Source: a virus. Taken from it: DNA of 64,000 nucleotides. The stretch lies in the IMG/VR virus record IMGVR_UViG_3300041964_000099, positions 57,303-121,302 of that record; one strand, written 5' to 3'. Each line of letters begins with the position of its first letter. The stretch's first letter is position 1. The translations under genes were made by a program, and so were the position numbers. Under the pieces are notes generated by a model. It was not told the DNA's origin. It saw nothing but the letters and a program-made list of their open reading frames with translations, and searched no databases. Shown one piece after another: positions 38,789 through 49,106 of this stretch.

Positions 38789-39700
38789 CTAGATGCCTGC
38801 AACAACGTGAATCGACATCGGGCGGCGAAGCACAACACCTGCGTACTTCAGTACAGCGGGGCGCTCATATCCCAACCCCTTACGCTGCATTTGCAGCCAG
38901 GTCAGAGGCTGCATGATCTTCGCCTTAACTTTTTGCTTGTCGCGGCGGTAGACCATCATGATGTCCAAACCGTCTTGACCCGCACCAGCCAGCTCGTTTA
39001 ACGGCTCAATATCTTTGATGTGGGGGCTATTTTCCAGAAACTGCTTCAGGATCGATGAACCCATTTGATCAGACCAGGGGGTGCTCACCAAATAGTTGTA
39101 CTGACGCAAAGGCAGTAACAGCGTGTTGGGCTTTTCAACCTGTTGAGTTGCTTCGACGATCGCAGTAACAGCGTCAGTCAGAACTGCAAGACACTGACGT
39201 GGCGTGCTGCTGGCGTTGAGCTTGAAGGGCGAATACGAGTGCATCGCATCTGGGTGATTCACAAACCCGGCCATGCCAAGAGCTTTGTCACCAAAGGCGA
39301 TCAAATCATTGAGTTTCTGGCGGCTGGATTCAACCACACCCGCAATATCCTCTGACTCTAAATTGAAGTCTTGGCGGGAGCTAGCTTCAATGTCATCATC
39401 CGAGAAATAATAGGCCGCTGCCCATTTGTAGACTTTCTGAGTGAATTCCTCGCTCAGCAAGTTGATGATCGGGATGTCAGTGAAGTAAGAGCGAACCAGC
39501 TTGAAGAAACCCACTCGCGAAAGGCGGCGATAGGTTGTAGAAGCGGCCCAAGGCGTGTTTTGGATGTCCAAAGGCACAATGCGACCATCGGCAAACGGCA
39601 GCTCAGCCGTTTCTTCGCGATCGATGTCCGCTTCAATTACTTCAAGCCGACGCTGGAAAGCGCCAACTGTGGCGTCATCTAAACGATACGTGGAAGTCAT
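38789..39700 (-). CDS. Major capsid protein (DUF2184 / encapsulin-like HK97 fold)
   Basis: IAFGDKALGMAGFVNHP, KPNTLLLP, GGV-like AGVVLRRPMSI, following the DUF2213 and cement genes. Confidence 0.85.
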   Translation of the reverse strand: MTSTYRLDDATVGAFQRRLEVIEADIDREETAELPFADGRIVPLDIQNTPWAASTTYRRLSRVGFFKLVRSYFTDIPIINLLSEEFTQKVYKWAAAYYFSDDDIEASSRQDFNLESEDIAGVVESSRQKLNDLIAFGDKALGMAGFVNHPDAMHSYSPFKLNASSTPRQCLAVLTDAVTAIVEATQQVEKPNTLLLPLRQYNYLVSTPWSDQMGSSILKQFLENSPHIKDIEPLNELAGAGQDGLDIMMVYRRDKQKVKAKIMQPLTWLQMQRKGLGYERPAVLKYAGVVLRRPMSIHVVAGI

Positions 39701-39712
39701 GGAATTTGAGGG

Positions 39713-39737
39713 TGTGGTAGGGATTGAAAGTGAAAGG
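39713..39737 (-). promoter_or_regulatory. 25-bp leader element CCTTTCACTTTCAATCCCTACCACA (copy 1, upstream of capsid gene)
   Basis: Identical to 52373-52397; ends 12 nt before the ATG. Confidence 0.7.
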
Positions 39738-39761
39738 AATTCGATCAGGTCAAGTGAGAAA

Positions 39762-40571
39762 TTAAGTGCGATTCACTGAAACCAAAACAACAGGTTTGCC
39801 GTTGATGTCAGTCATGATCTCGCTAGCAAAGCTGGCAGTTGGAAAGGCAATTGTGCCAGTGTTGTTGGCCGTAACTCTGCCACCATCAGCGCCAAAAGTG
39901 ACAAAAACAGTGCTGTCTTCATTGATGCCGCTGGTTTCAACGCAAGGAACCCAAACGCCAGTTGCTGAGTTGACGCGATCGATTACATCCACAGCTTCAT
40001 TCGCTGCAAAAGTAAACTTAGCGTTGTTGCCAATAGCGTCTTTCTCGCCAAAGTGGGTGAGATGAGCAATTCCAATCGGGCGATCGGTTACAAGGCCAGG
40101 AATGCGGCAAGTGCCATCAGGGTCGCCGTTGCGACGCGCCACAACGCGACCTGGTTCGATCGGTAGAGAAGTTGAAGCAACAATCAAGTTGGTTGCGGTA
40201 ATGCCACCTGAAACGGTGACGCCAAGTGGAAGGCTAATCTTTCTGGCTGTCAGGGTTACAACATTCGTTGCGGTGTTGAGGCTGGGCACGGCAACATCAT
40301 AAACATCCGAGCTGCGCAGCAAGTTAAGCACGAAATTTGCTGTCTGAGCCTGAGTCAATGCTCCGGCTGTTGTGCCAGTAGCAACTTTGCCACCGGCTGT
40401 TACGGTGATGGTCACACCTGAAGCGACGCCACCACCGGGAGAGGCGATTGTCCAAGTGTCATAGGTGGAAGTTGCCGAGTTGCGATAAGGCTTCGATCGC
40501 GGCATACCCATGCCTTGAAGCGTTCCGGCAACTGCGGCTGCGTAATTGCGTCTGTAAATGGTTTGGGACAT
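39762..40571 (-). CDS. Capsid cement / decoration protein
   Basis: Between protease/scaffold and MCP; IEPGRVVARR...IGIAH...GVWVPC pattern with an inserted N-terminal beta domain. Confidence 0.65.
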   Translation of the reverse strand: MSQTIYRRNYAAAVAGTLQGMGMPRSKPYRNSATSTYDTWTIASPGGGVASGVTITVTAGGKVATGTTAGALTQAQTANFVLNLLRSSDVYDVAVPSLNTATNVVTLTARKISLPLGVTVSGGITATNLIVASTSLPIEPGRVVARRNGDPDGTCRIPGLVTDRPIGIAHLTHFGEKDAIGNNAKFTFAANEAVDVIDRVNSATGVWVPCVETSGINEDSTVFVTFGADGGRVTANNTGTIAFPTASFASEIMTDINGKPVVLVSVNRT

Positions 40572-40631
40572 AAGACTGAAAGGTTGTGGTAGGGATAAAC
40601 GAGCAGTCAGTTAGCGAACGGGGGGGAGAGT

Positions 40632-41969
40632 CTAGCGTTTCGACATCGTGAGCGGGGCTGAAGCGTTGTCCATCCGCTTTTTGTCTCCAGCGCCAATCTC
40701 GCCTTTAGCAGGCTTGTTGTTCTTGCCGCCTGTGCGAACAGAGGCATTTAGTGCCTCGTCAAGTGCATCAGCGTGGAATGCCGAAACGGAATCGCTGCGA
40801 ACACCATTGAGCGTCAGGCTACGGTAGAGACCGGAAACTTCTTCAGGAGCGATCGTGACACCGGGATTTAGAGCCGAAACGAGCGCAGTCTTAATGCTTT
40901 GGCTATCCATGCTGGCATCTAGCTTGATCTCAGGAACGTTGATGCCCTGAGCCGTCAGCTTTTCCATGATTTGACGAGCGCCGTCCATTGCATCAACTCG
41001 CTCTTTCACCTGAACTTGCACCTTGGCTTCGATTTCTTCATCGCTAAGGCCAGGGGCTGCGGTTTCGCTGTCGGCGCGGGTTTCGGTCAATGCTTCTTGC
41101 AGTTGTGCCGTCAAATCATCAAGGTCAAGTTCAAGGCCATCAGCACGGCCCAGCTCGCGATCGCGCTCAGCCGTCAGCGACACGATTTTCTGTTCCAGAT
41201 CAGCAATAGCGCTCGCTGCATCTGCACGAGTTTCGGAGATTTTAGCTAAGTCTGCTTCCACGCTATCAAGGCGCTTAATTTTTGCGCTGATGATACCTGC
41301 AAGGCTTTCAGAGACATCACTGTAGGTCACATTGTCAATTTGAATGGTTGCCATATGAGAGGGTTCAGGGAGGTTGGGTTTAGTGTTCACAGAATCGTGA
41401 TCGAAATCGTGATCACATGAACATTCCTGACATGCGACATCTGCGCAGTCGAAATGAATCGATGCGATCTCTCCGGCACGAGCTTTTCTGACTACGGCTA
41501 AATGGTTGTAAGCCACGTTCTTTTGTCGGTGTGTGTACGGCTCACCGTTGAACACACCAGACTCTTCGATCACGTCGCATCGATACCCACAGGAAAGCTG
41601 CCGCTTATCGCCACGTTCAATTGCGTCGATCGCATCTTTGCGGTGAACATTAAAGACGACCTCAATAAGGCCATCTCCCACAACATGCACTCGGTTATTG
41701 ACCGAACCTGTGGCATATTGGGCAGCATTCTCAGCAGTAACTAGCCCTGGTGGATGTTCCAGGGTTGTAGGTTTGCCGCCAAGCGTTTCCAGGCTTTCTT
41801 CAGAAAGAATGTCATCAGGATGGCGCAGCTCAAAACGGGTTGTTCCATCCACATTGGGATAAGGAAAAACGCCGGTGCGCGTTGCCACACCTCTGACAGT
41901 GAGAAAGCCTTCTTTGGAACGAATAACTTTTGTTACCGTTCCTTTATCAAATCGAATAGCCGTAGTCAT
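40632..41969 (-). CDS. DUF2213-family prohead protease / scaffold
   Basis: EGFL...ATRTGVFPY, GKPTTLEHP, QLSCGY, YNHLAVVRKARAG; coiled-coil C-terminal half. Confidence 0.85.
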   Translation of the reverse strand: MTTAIRFDKGTVTKVIRSKEGFLTVRGVATRTGVFPYPNVDGTTRFELRHPDDILSEESLETLGGKPTTLEHPPGLVTAENAAQYATGSVNNRVHVVGDGLIEVVFNVHRKDAIDAIERGDKRQLSCGYRCDVIEESGVFNGEPYTHRQKNVAYNHLAVVRKARAGEIASIHFDCADVACQECSCDHDFDHDSVNTKPNLPEPSHMATIQIDNVTYSDVSESLAGIISAKIKRLDSVEADLAKISETRADAASAIADLEQKIVSLTAERDRELGRADGLELDLDDLTAQLQEALTETRADSETAAPGLSDEEIEAKVQVQVKERVDAMDGARQIMEKLTAQGINVPEIKLDASMDSQSIKTALVSALNPGVTIAPEEVSGLYRSLTLNGVRSDSVSAFHADALDEALNASVRTGGKNNKPAKGEIGAGDKKRMDNASAPLTMSKR

Positions 41970-42031
41970 GGCACATTGAGAAGTTGCGTAATCTCAATGT
42001 GCCCATTGCATTAGAGTGAATCTCTAAATGC

Positions 42032-42241
42032 TTACTCGGTTACTTCTTCACCAACCTCAACGGTATAGCCACCTTTTTCAAGTTCAATAATTCGATAAGC
42101 AATTTGCTTATCTTCGGCTGTACAAATACCCGTAATTTCATCATCTGTGATTGATTCAACTGCCACAGCCGTTACTGTTTTCTTCAGCTTGTTGCTGAGT
42201 AAGTTAGCAATCATTTGCCGAGTATCATTCATTTCGCTCAT
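42032..42241 (-). CDS. Small stand-alone beta domain (paralog of N-termini of 46647..47172 and 28795..31770)
   Basis: [16 protein letters not shown] vs [16 protein letters not shown] vs IEGIFRDGTKLLDFTA. Confidence 0.55.
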   Translation of the reverse strand: MSEMNDTRQMIANLLSNKLKKTVTAVAVESITDDEITGICTAEDKQIAYRIIELEKGGYTVEVGEEVTE

Positions 42242-45200
42242 GGCGATCGCCTCGAAACAACTTGACGAGCGACCCGATGTGCAATCGGGTCAACAACTTT
42301 AGCCGTCGTCATGCCGCTGCTGGCTCCAGCCGCTACGCCTGCAACATTGACTTCTGCACCAAACATCTTTGGAGAAACGGCCCCAGGCACATGCCCAGAT
42401 GCCGCAGTTCCTGCGGCTGTGCCGACTGCTCCTGCTGCAACCTCAACCAGGCCATCCCGAATAAGCTGCTCGCGATCGGCGGCTGACATTGATTTTATGC
42501 CGCTGAACAAACCATCTGCACCAGATTTAACCACGTCATCATAGGAAACACGCCACGATCGCATCGCGACTCGTGCTGCACCTGATGCAATCGGGGCCAT
42601 CCAGCCAGGAGCTGCACCGGCTGCCATCACAACCGCTTCTTCAATCTGCGGTTTGATGTCGATTTCTCGACCTTTGCCTGTCTGAATGACTGACCGCATT
42701 TCCTGCTGAGCCGATCGTGCCAATTTTCGCGCCTGCTCTACCGGCTTTTTCCAAACCGTCTGACGCTCACCTTGGCGATTGGTAATTTCTTTCCTCACCA
42801 ACCCTCTACGCTGCATTCCAGTCGCAACATCCTGCCGAGACTGGTTTAATGCCAGCCAATAGGCATCACTGCGATCGGTTTTGAGATTTTTGAGCTGTTC
42901 TTCTAACTCAGTAATCCGCTGCATTGCCTTAGTCGGGCGCGAAGGAGGCCGCTTGCGAGTTTTGGCACGGTCGGCCTCTAACTTTTGCAGCGCTTCCAGC
43001 TCACTCGTTAAAGCGGTGCGATCGGGCTGCTCTGCTGCGGGCGGATTTGATGCAGTTTCAGGCTTGGCCGCTGTGGAAGTTGGCTCAGTTGGCGTAGTTG
43101 GTTCAGTTGGCGTAGTCGGCTCAGTTGGACGTGGTGCAGCAGCAGTAGCTACGGCTGCCGCTGGTTTTGGCTCAGATTTGGCCTGAGATTGGCGAGTTGA
43201 TTGAAGTTTGGCCCCTAATGCCACACCTCCCAGACCAATGGCCCCTCCGCCTACCACTGCTGCGGCTGCGGCTGAGCGAGCTATGCGCTTTGAAGAAGCT
43301 TCTGTTTCCTGCGTCGATTCCTCAAATGCTTCCTTTGCCTTGTGCGCTGCCAACGCTCCGCCAGCGGCGATCGCGCCACCCACTAAAGCCGCGCTAGCAA
43401 CTTTTCCAGCAATCCTTGCAGCCACAGCGCGAGCCTTCGGCTTGCGCCTCCAGTACCCACCATTTTCTACCCCGTCATCCTCAACCCATGTGTAACCAGG
43501 GCGAGTAGGACGGCTAGTTGCAGCATTTGCGGCATCTCTGCGAATCTCATGCAGTACAACATTCATCCAGTCCGCTGCATCTTTGCGATCGCGACCTTCC
43601 ATCGCTCGCTCATATGCTTCAGTTGCGCGGCGAAACTTTTCTGCGGCTGCCGGATCGTTGGGATTGACATCTGGGTGGTAAGCCTTGGCTGCCTTCCGAT
43701 AGGCTCTCTTAATTTCTGCGGTTGAAGCAGTTTTTTCAACCTGAAGCACATCATTCCAAGACTCAGTTGAGGCAGGAGTTGAAGGGCGCGATCGTGACTG
43801 CGATTGCTGCTGCTGCCGTGCCTGACTCTGCCGATCCTCTTCTGCCCATTGGCGAGCAGTATCTTTCCAGCGTCGAGACTGTTCTGCCCAGCGCTTTGCA
43901 TCTTCTTCCTGATACTGCTGTTGCCGCTGCCGCCAAGCTTCATTGCGGGCCTGATTCGCTGCCCTTTCAGCAGTATTTTCTGCGGCTCGCTCCTGTCTCT
44001 GGCGATTATGCTCGTTTTCCCACTCACGCCATTGTGCGGCTTGCTGTTGAGACTGAGCCTGTTTTCGAGCGTGTTCACGATGCGTAGCAACCCCTTGAGC
44101 TGCCGCTGCTGCACCAAAAGCAATGCCTGTTGCAGCCGTAACGCCTTTGGCTGCCTTCAGCCCAGCATTTTGCTCTGGCCTTTCCTGTATCAGGTCTGGC
44201 AAAACAGTAAAATGCCCTGCTTCCAGATTCAAATTACGAGCTGCTACCGCGCCTCCGGCCATGCTACCTGCAACAATTCCGCCCACTAAGGCCGCGCTAG
44301 CAAGGTTCTCAGCAACACTTGCAGCCACAGCACTAGCTTTTGGTTTGCGCCTCCAGTACCCGCCATTTTCTACCCCGTCATCTTCAACCCATGTGTAACC
44401 AGGGCGAGTAGGACGGCTAGAAGTTGCCGCTGCATCTTTGCGATCGCCAGGGGTGCAAGCCTTGCCATAAATTTGCGGTTTTACAAACTCCTGAACTTCT
44501 GGATCGCCAAAATAGTTGTTCTGGCGAGTAGGACGGCTAGAAGTTGCCGCTGCATCTTTGCGATCGCCAGGGGTGCGAGCCTTGCCGTAAATTTGCGATT
44601 TTACAAACTCCTGAACTTCTGGATCGCGAAAATAGTTGTTCTGGGTATGGTCTTTGACACCTTCAAAACTTTGCAAATTGCGAGTTGGCAGCTTGGCCGT
44701 AGCAGTATCGATAGGTGAGCCAATAGTGTGCGAATTGCCGAAAGGTTCGGTCAGTCCTCCCCACGGCGTTCCAAATGAAAAAGAATGCAGTCGGTCTTTA
44801 AACTCAGGACGTGCCCGACGCAAAATCTCTTCAGCTTCATGCACGATCATGCCGCCCATGCTGTGCCCCATCATCACAAGCTTGCGATCGGGATTCTTGT
44901 CACCATAGGCAATTACATTTGCAGCCATTTGAACGGCTGCGGGATTGCGACCTTTGCTGATGCTGCGATAGTGAACCCCGACAACATCGAGCGCTCGATC
45001 AACGCTGTTACCACGCTTGCGCCCAGCCGGAATATTTACCGCTGCATTGCTCACCGCAACAGTTTTGAAGTCTTTGCCTTTGTCTTCGCTAAAAGCCAAT
45101 CTTGCAGAAGTAGCAATGCGCTCACCACTGATGACTTGGGGGGCTTCTTCATAAGCCATTCCCCCGGCCCCAAATACAATCGTTTGCTGACGGGCCTTGA

Positions 45201-46650
45201 CGCTGCCAACTTCGATCGCCTTGGCCTGGTCGATCGCCATCTCTGCTGACTTGTCAAATCCGGCGCGATAGCGGGCACGGGTCGCCAGATAAGTTGCGGC
45301 AGGCACTCCAATGGCTGTGGCAGTCGCGATCGCTGCTTTTTTGGCGACAGGCGAGATTTTGGCATTCTCTTTGGCCTTGGACTCAGGAATAGAAGGCGCG
45401 GGCAGGGAGAGTTGCTTTCCTTTCACCTGTGTCGCCACACCCACGCCAGCCGCTAAAACTCCCCCAGCGATCGCTGTTGTAGCAAGCTTGCTGACAAGTC
45501 CTTTTGAGGCAACTGAGCCTAATCCGATCTGGCATTCTTTGTCTTCAGCGATGTAGCCGTTTCCGCATTTTTTGTCCTGCCGCACCGAGTCTTGCTTTGA
45601 CGATGACTGCTTAGCCTCACCCGATTTGCGATCAAAAAACTCTTTCAGCCTATCCACGGTTTCCGTATTCGTCCGTCGTTCCACCTCACCTGTTGGCATG
45701 AACGATCGGATGCGCGGGTTATAAGTCATTTTTGCTTTTTCGGAGACAAAGTAGCTCATGTGGTTGTCCACCGAGTTCACTTGCACCTGATTTTTAGTCC
45801 TAAATCCTGGCAGAGTCAAAACTGGATCGCTGTCAGAGATAAAATGCGCCGACTTCTCAGGCATGGGGACTAATCCGTAATGAGGGCTTCCCATGTTGGC
45901 AACCCGCACGTCTTTGACTCCCATGCGCTTCAAAAGCTCTGCGGCTTCGTTTGTCACCATGCCTCCCGCAGAGTAGCCAACCAAGTTGATTGGTTTTCCG
46001 GTTTTCTTGTGGTAGGCATAGGCTCTGGCTGCCATCCGAATCGCAACTTGGTTTTTGCCTTTACCAACCACCGTGTCCAGCATGGTTTTTAGGCGAGCCT
46101 GAGTAACATCATCAGTGGGTGGCCCGTCCTTGGATTCAACGTCAAACTCTGGATTTTCAACGCCAACCACATGATGATTTTTGAACGATCGAGCCATCTG
46201 ACCCGCAAAGTAATCCCCGGCTGTACCTCCAGTGCCGCCAAATCCGTTAGAGACAAAAGTGACCTGCTCGGCCTCCTTTTTTAGGGAAATCCCCTTGTAT
46301 CCGTTCGACTCACCCAACGGCGAAACTCGCAGCCCCCCTTTCACCTCGTCGGGAACTTCAAACTGCTCGGACTCTTTCAGAGCTTCTTCGACACTGCGAT
46401 CTAAATTCTTTCGATAGCGAACAACCGTAGCCCTATAAGCTGCGGCTGGCACTCCAAGCACTGCGGCTCCTGCGGCCAGCGTCTTCGGATCTACCCCCGC
46501 AATTGATTTTGTAACCGCAGTTTTAGCCGCCTCGATATTGCTTTCTGGCTTAGAAGGCTTGGCTGCGTTCGCGCCAACCGCAGCGATACCCGCTCCGATC
46601 GCCGCAGCTCCCGCAACGCCCGCAACTCCCGTTAAGCCTGCCGCCGTCAT
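42238..46650 (-). CDS. Polyvalent protein: two Ser alpha/beta-hydrolases, J-domain, repeated linker modules
   Basis: GYSAG (45964-45978), GHSMG (44854-44868), J-domain with HPD (43669-43677), RxD motifs at domain borders. Confidence 0.8.
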   Translation of the reverse strand: MTAAGLTGVAGVAGAAAIGAGIAAVGANAAKPSKPESNIEAAKTAVTKSIAGVDPKTLAAGAAVLGVPAAAYRATVVRYRKNLDRSVEEALKESEQFEVPDEVKGGLRVSPLGESNGYKGISLKKEAEQVTFVSNGFGGTGGTAGDYFAGQMARSFKNHHVVGVENPEFDVESKDGPPTDDVTQARLKTMLDTVVGKGKNQVAIRMAARAYAYHKKTGKPINLVGYSAGGMVTNEAAELLKRMGVKDVRVANMGSPHYGLVPMPEKSAHFISDSDPVLTLPGFRTKNQVQVNSVDNHMSYFVSEKAKMTYNPRIRSFMPTGEVERRTNTETVDRLKEFFDRKSGEAKQSSSKQDSVRQDKKCGNGYIAEDKECQIGLGSVASKGLVSKLATTAIAGGVLAAGVGVATQVKGKQLSLPAPSIPESKAKENAKISPVAKKAAIATATAIGVPAATYLATRARYRAGFDKSAEMAIDQAKAIEVGSVKARQQTIVFGAGGMAYEEAPQVISGERIATSARLAFSEDKGKDFKTVAVSNAAVNIPAGRKRGNSVDRALDVVGVHYRSISKGRNPAAVQMAANVIAYGDKNPDRKLVMMGHSMGGMIVHEAEEILRRARPEFKDRLHSFSFGTPWGGLTEPFGNSHTIGSPIDTATAKLPTRNLQSFEGVKDHTQNNYFRDPEVQEFVKSQIYGKARTPGDRKDAAATSSRPTRQNNYFGDPEVQEFVKPQIYGKACTPGDRKDAAATSSRPTRPGYTWVEDDGVENGGYWRRKPKASAVAASVAENLASAALVGGIVAGSMAGGAVAARNLNLEAGHFTVLPDLIQERPEQNAGLKAAKGVTAATGIAFGAAAAAQGVATHREHARKQAQSQQQAAQWREWENEHNRQRQERAAENTAERAANQARNEAWRQRQQQYQEEDAKRWAEQSRRWKDTARQWAEEDRQSQARQQQQSQSRSRPSTPASTESWNDVLQVEKTASTAEIKRAYRKAAKAYHPDVNPNDPAAAEKFRRATEAYERAMEGRDRKDAADWMNVVLHEIRRDAANAATSRPTRPGYTWVEDDGVENGGYWRRKPKARAVAARIAGKVASAALVGGAIAAGGALAAHKAKEAFEESTQETEASSKRIARSAAAAAVVGGGAIGLGGVALGAKLQSTRQSQAKSEPKPAAAVATAAAPRPTEPTTPTEPTTPTEPTSTAAKPETASNPPAAEQPDRTALTSELEALQKLEADRAKTRKRPPSRPTKAMQRITELEEQLKNLKTDRSDAYWLALNQSRQDVATGMQRRGLVRKEITNRQGERQTVWKKPVEQARKLARSAQQEMRSVIQTGKGREIDIKPQIEEAVVMAAGAAPGWMAPIASGAARVAMRSWRVSYDDVVKSGADGLFSGIKSMSAADREQLIRDGLVEVAAGAVGTAAGTAASGHVPGAVSPKMFGAEVNVAGVAAGASSGMTTAKVVDPIAHRVARQVVSRRSP
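44403..44644. repeat. 120-bp in-frame tandem duplication (40 aa)
   Basis: [40 protein letters not shown] / [40 protein letters not shown]. Confidence 0.9.
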
Positions 46651-47172
46651 TCTCCACCGGCGCGAGCAGCCTTCGCCTGTTTAATCGCTCGCACTACCGT
46701 TTCAGCTTGGTGTGCAGCCAGTGGGGAAAGCTTCTCATGGCACATATCCCCGCGCTGAATGCAGCGCCCTTTGCAGGGCTTACCTTTGCCCGCAGTTGAA
46801 TGCCTTTAGAAGCCCGCGATCGAGCCGCAAGCTGTCATCGTTATTTCGCAGCCTGCCAGTATCAGCATAAAACCCCATCAGAAATGAGTCGCTGCGCGTG
46901 CCAGAAGCCGCCTCACTTTCGTTGTACTGGATGCCGCCATTCTGAATCGTGTAATCGTAAAGCTGATGCTCCTGGTGGAACTTGCCAACGATCGCATCTT
47001 TGTCATTGAGGTCAAACGTCAATACTTTGCTGATGCCGCTGGTAAAAACTGTCTCAATAATCTGCTTCAGCGTTGTTCCAATGCGGCTCATCATTCCCGC
47101 ATCAGGACGCTGCCCAGGCCCAGCAGGATTAGGATTATTGGGTTTGGCTGGTGGGGGTGCAGCGGCGATCAT
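46647..47172 (-). CDS. Beta domain + RxD + Cys-motif protein, interrupted by an extra base near 46789-46791
   Basis: Track ORF stops at 46780; the +1 frame reads [17 protein letters not shown]...GGE* to 46647, overlapping the next ATG. Confidence 0.55.
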
Positions 47173-47600
47173 AGTAAAGCTTCCTCGATATGGTCTTGCA
47201 AAATGTTCAAAGTTTCAGTGCGCAAGGCTGTGCCAACCCCTAGAAAAATGCGATCGCGCATCAGTTTGCGAGCGTACTTAGCGTTCGTTCCGATCACAAC
47301 GCGATCGTCGCTGGCCTGATAGGTAATGCTGGCTCGCAAGCGGCCTGTGGATTGCAGAATTTTTAAGATGCGGCTGTTTTCGGTTTTCCACTCCAGCGTC
47401 TTTGCAGAAAGTGGTTTCCAGGCGATGCCATTAGGGTCTTGCTCGCGTTCAAAACCTTGATCTGTAATCAGCAGCGCCGCTTCGCCAATATCCAGCATTG
47501 CAGGCCGCAGGTTTTGTACCTGAGCCTGCAACTGACTCAACAGCGATCTCACCTCAACATCGTGATAGGTGATAGAAAAAGTTTGGTCAGAGACTGCCAT
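47169..47600 (-). CDS. Phage virion morphogenesis protein (Mu G / P2 S-like)
   Basis: DPNGIAWKPLS...ILQSTGRLRASITY...VVIGTNAKYA. Confidence 0.85.
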   Translation of the reverse strand: MAVSDQTFSITYHDVEVRSLLSQLQAQVQNLRPAMLDIGEAALLITDQGFEREQDPNGIAWKPLSAKTLEWKTENSRILKILQSTGRLRASITYQASDDRVVIGTNAKYARKLMRDRIFLGVGTALRTETLNILQDHIEEALL

Positions 47601-47602
47601 TT

Positions 47603-48010
47603 TTAGCGCTTAGGTTTGTATCCGTAAGCCTCTCGCGCCTCCTGAATTACCTCTCTCTCCTGGGGTGAAAGTTTGTCCTCGCCGCCGACTTCTGCAATCC
47701 GCTCATCGATCGCCTGAAGCGTCTCTTGGCGGTACTTGCCTGCCCTGTGAGCCAGCACACCCAGCGCCGCAGCACCGGCGACATTAGAGGCTACAGTCAG
47801 GCCGCCAATTCCTGCCAACACATTTTTGGCAATGCGCCCTGCACGGCCTTTACTACGGCGGCAATATCCACCGTTTTCTGCCCGTCGATCGTTCACCCAA
47901 GTGAACCCCGCGCCGCACGATCCGCCTTGGTCAGCTCGCCGCACGCTGAGAAAGCCCTCTACATAAGCTGGGGATTGTCCAGCTAAAAAATTCCGTTCTG
48001 CCTTATCCAT
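47603..48010 (-). CDS. Small RxD/linker-module protein with a hydrophobic helix
   Basis: SPAYVEGFLSVRRAD, TWVNDRRAENGGYCRR, then a Gly/Ala-rich hydrophobic segment. Confidence 0.6.
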   Translation of the reverse strand: MDKAERNFLAGQSPAYVEGFLSVRRADQGGSCGAGFTWVNDRRAENGGYCRRSKGRAGRIAKNVLAGIGGLTVASNVAGAAALGVLAHRAGKYRQETLQAIDERIAEVGGEDKLSPQEREVIQEAREAYGYKPKR

Positions 48011-48025
48011 GACTTAATTTAGAGA

Positions 48026-48340
48026 TTGTCCCTTTTAGCATTCCCATGCCCTATTGCACGGGCACAAAAACCCCAGTCTTCAACCCCTATGCTCTCGCCT
48101 CAAAATAATGAACAAACAGATCAGCAACCTGTCTGGATTGAAGGAAACTCTGCTGATGCAATGGAGAAGCTTCTCGAAATGCTGGGTATTCCGATCGAAG
48201 ATGCAGAATTTGACAATCAAAAAGAAAGAAATGAACGTCAATGGGTAATGATTACCGGAAAATCAGCCGCAATCATTCGCGAAGCAATGGTTGAAGTCTC
48301 TCAAAAAATGGCAGCGTCAGAGCAGCCCCCGACTGCCTAA
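48026..48340 (+). CDS. Hypothetical protein (start uncertain)
   Basis: Protein-like from PQNNEQTDQQPVW onward; convergent with MuF. Confidence 0.4.
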   Translation: MSLLAFPCPIARAQKPQSSTPMLSPQNNEQTDQQPVWIEGNSADAMEKLLEMLGIPIEDAEFDNQKERNERQWVMITGKSAAIIREAMVEVSQKMAASEQPPTA

Positions 48341-49057
48341 ATCTTGCTCAACTTGCGATCGCAAGCTAGGAGATAGCCGCTCAATTCCTTGGTTCAAAAC
48401 AGCTTGCTGCTCAGCCTTTGGCGTTGTTCCGGCTGCGCGTCGAAATCCTGGCCCTGCAATCGTTAAAGGATCAGGTGGTGTCCCAACTTGCAGCCCCATT
48501 TCTTTTAGATTCCGCTCTTTCAATGAGTGGGCGCGGCATTTGCAGCCGTAATCACACATTGGATAGGCAACCAGCCAAAACGGATCATCAACTCGAAACA
48601 CTTGGCGATGTAGAGCCAGATGATTCGGGCGCGGTGAGGGCGAGTCACCATGCGACCACTGAAGATAAGGCCGCAGCCGCTGCACATCGGGATCTCGCTG
48701 CTGTGAGAATCGGCCAGCGCTCAGGGCGCGACGAACAGGCGTCTCAAAAATGACGCGCATTCGCCAATCCGCAGGCCCAGCCGGAAGCGGGTCAGGATGC
48801 CAGCCACGGCGAGCTACGAGGCGATCGAACTGTTCAATGAATGTCTCAAATGAGTTGCCTTCAGACAGGGATTGATCAATTAAAAAGCGCATTGACTCCA
48901 GCAAATCGGCGCGAGTTAATCCCGCGATCGTATAGGCCAAGTCATGCTGCTCAGCCTCAAGCTGCTCCCAAGACTCGGTAGGAAGGTTTACTTTTGAGCG
49001 GAAATACTCGATCGCCTCACGGGGCGGGAGGTTGAGATATTCAGGAATGCGTGACAT
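48317..49057 (-). CDS. Phage Mu F-like minor head protein
   Basis: [13 protein letters not shown]...AYTIAGL..., RPYLQW...RPNHLALH...DDPFW...[12 protein letters not shown]. Confidence 0.9.
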   Translation of the reverse strand: MSRIPEYLNLPPREAIEYFRSKVNLPTESWEQLEAEQHDLAYTIAGLTRADLLESMRFLIDQSLSEGNSFETFIEQFDRLVARRGWHPDPLPAGPADWRMRVIFETPVRRALSAGRFSQQRDPDVQRLRPYLQWSHGDSPSPRPNHLALHRQVFRVDDPFWLVAYPMCDYGCKCRAHSLKERNLKEMGLQVGTPPDPLTIAGPGFRRAAGTTPKAEQQAVLNQGIERLSPSLRSQVEQDLGSRGLL

Positions 49058-49106
49058 AAAAGCTGGAAATGCCTATTATTTCGTTAGCATTCCCGATTGT
49101 GACCGT

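Noticed and set aside
43080-43135. [17 protein letters not shown] repeat
   Set aside because: An ordinary Pro/Thr linker within the polyprotein.
43380-44420. ~140-bp repeat pair as DGR template/variable repeats
   Set aside because: No reverse transcriptase in the window; core differences are synonymous third-position changes (GGT/GGC, GAG/GAA), not adenine-specific.
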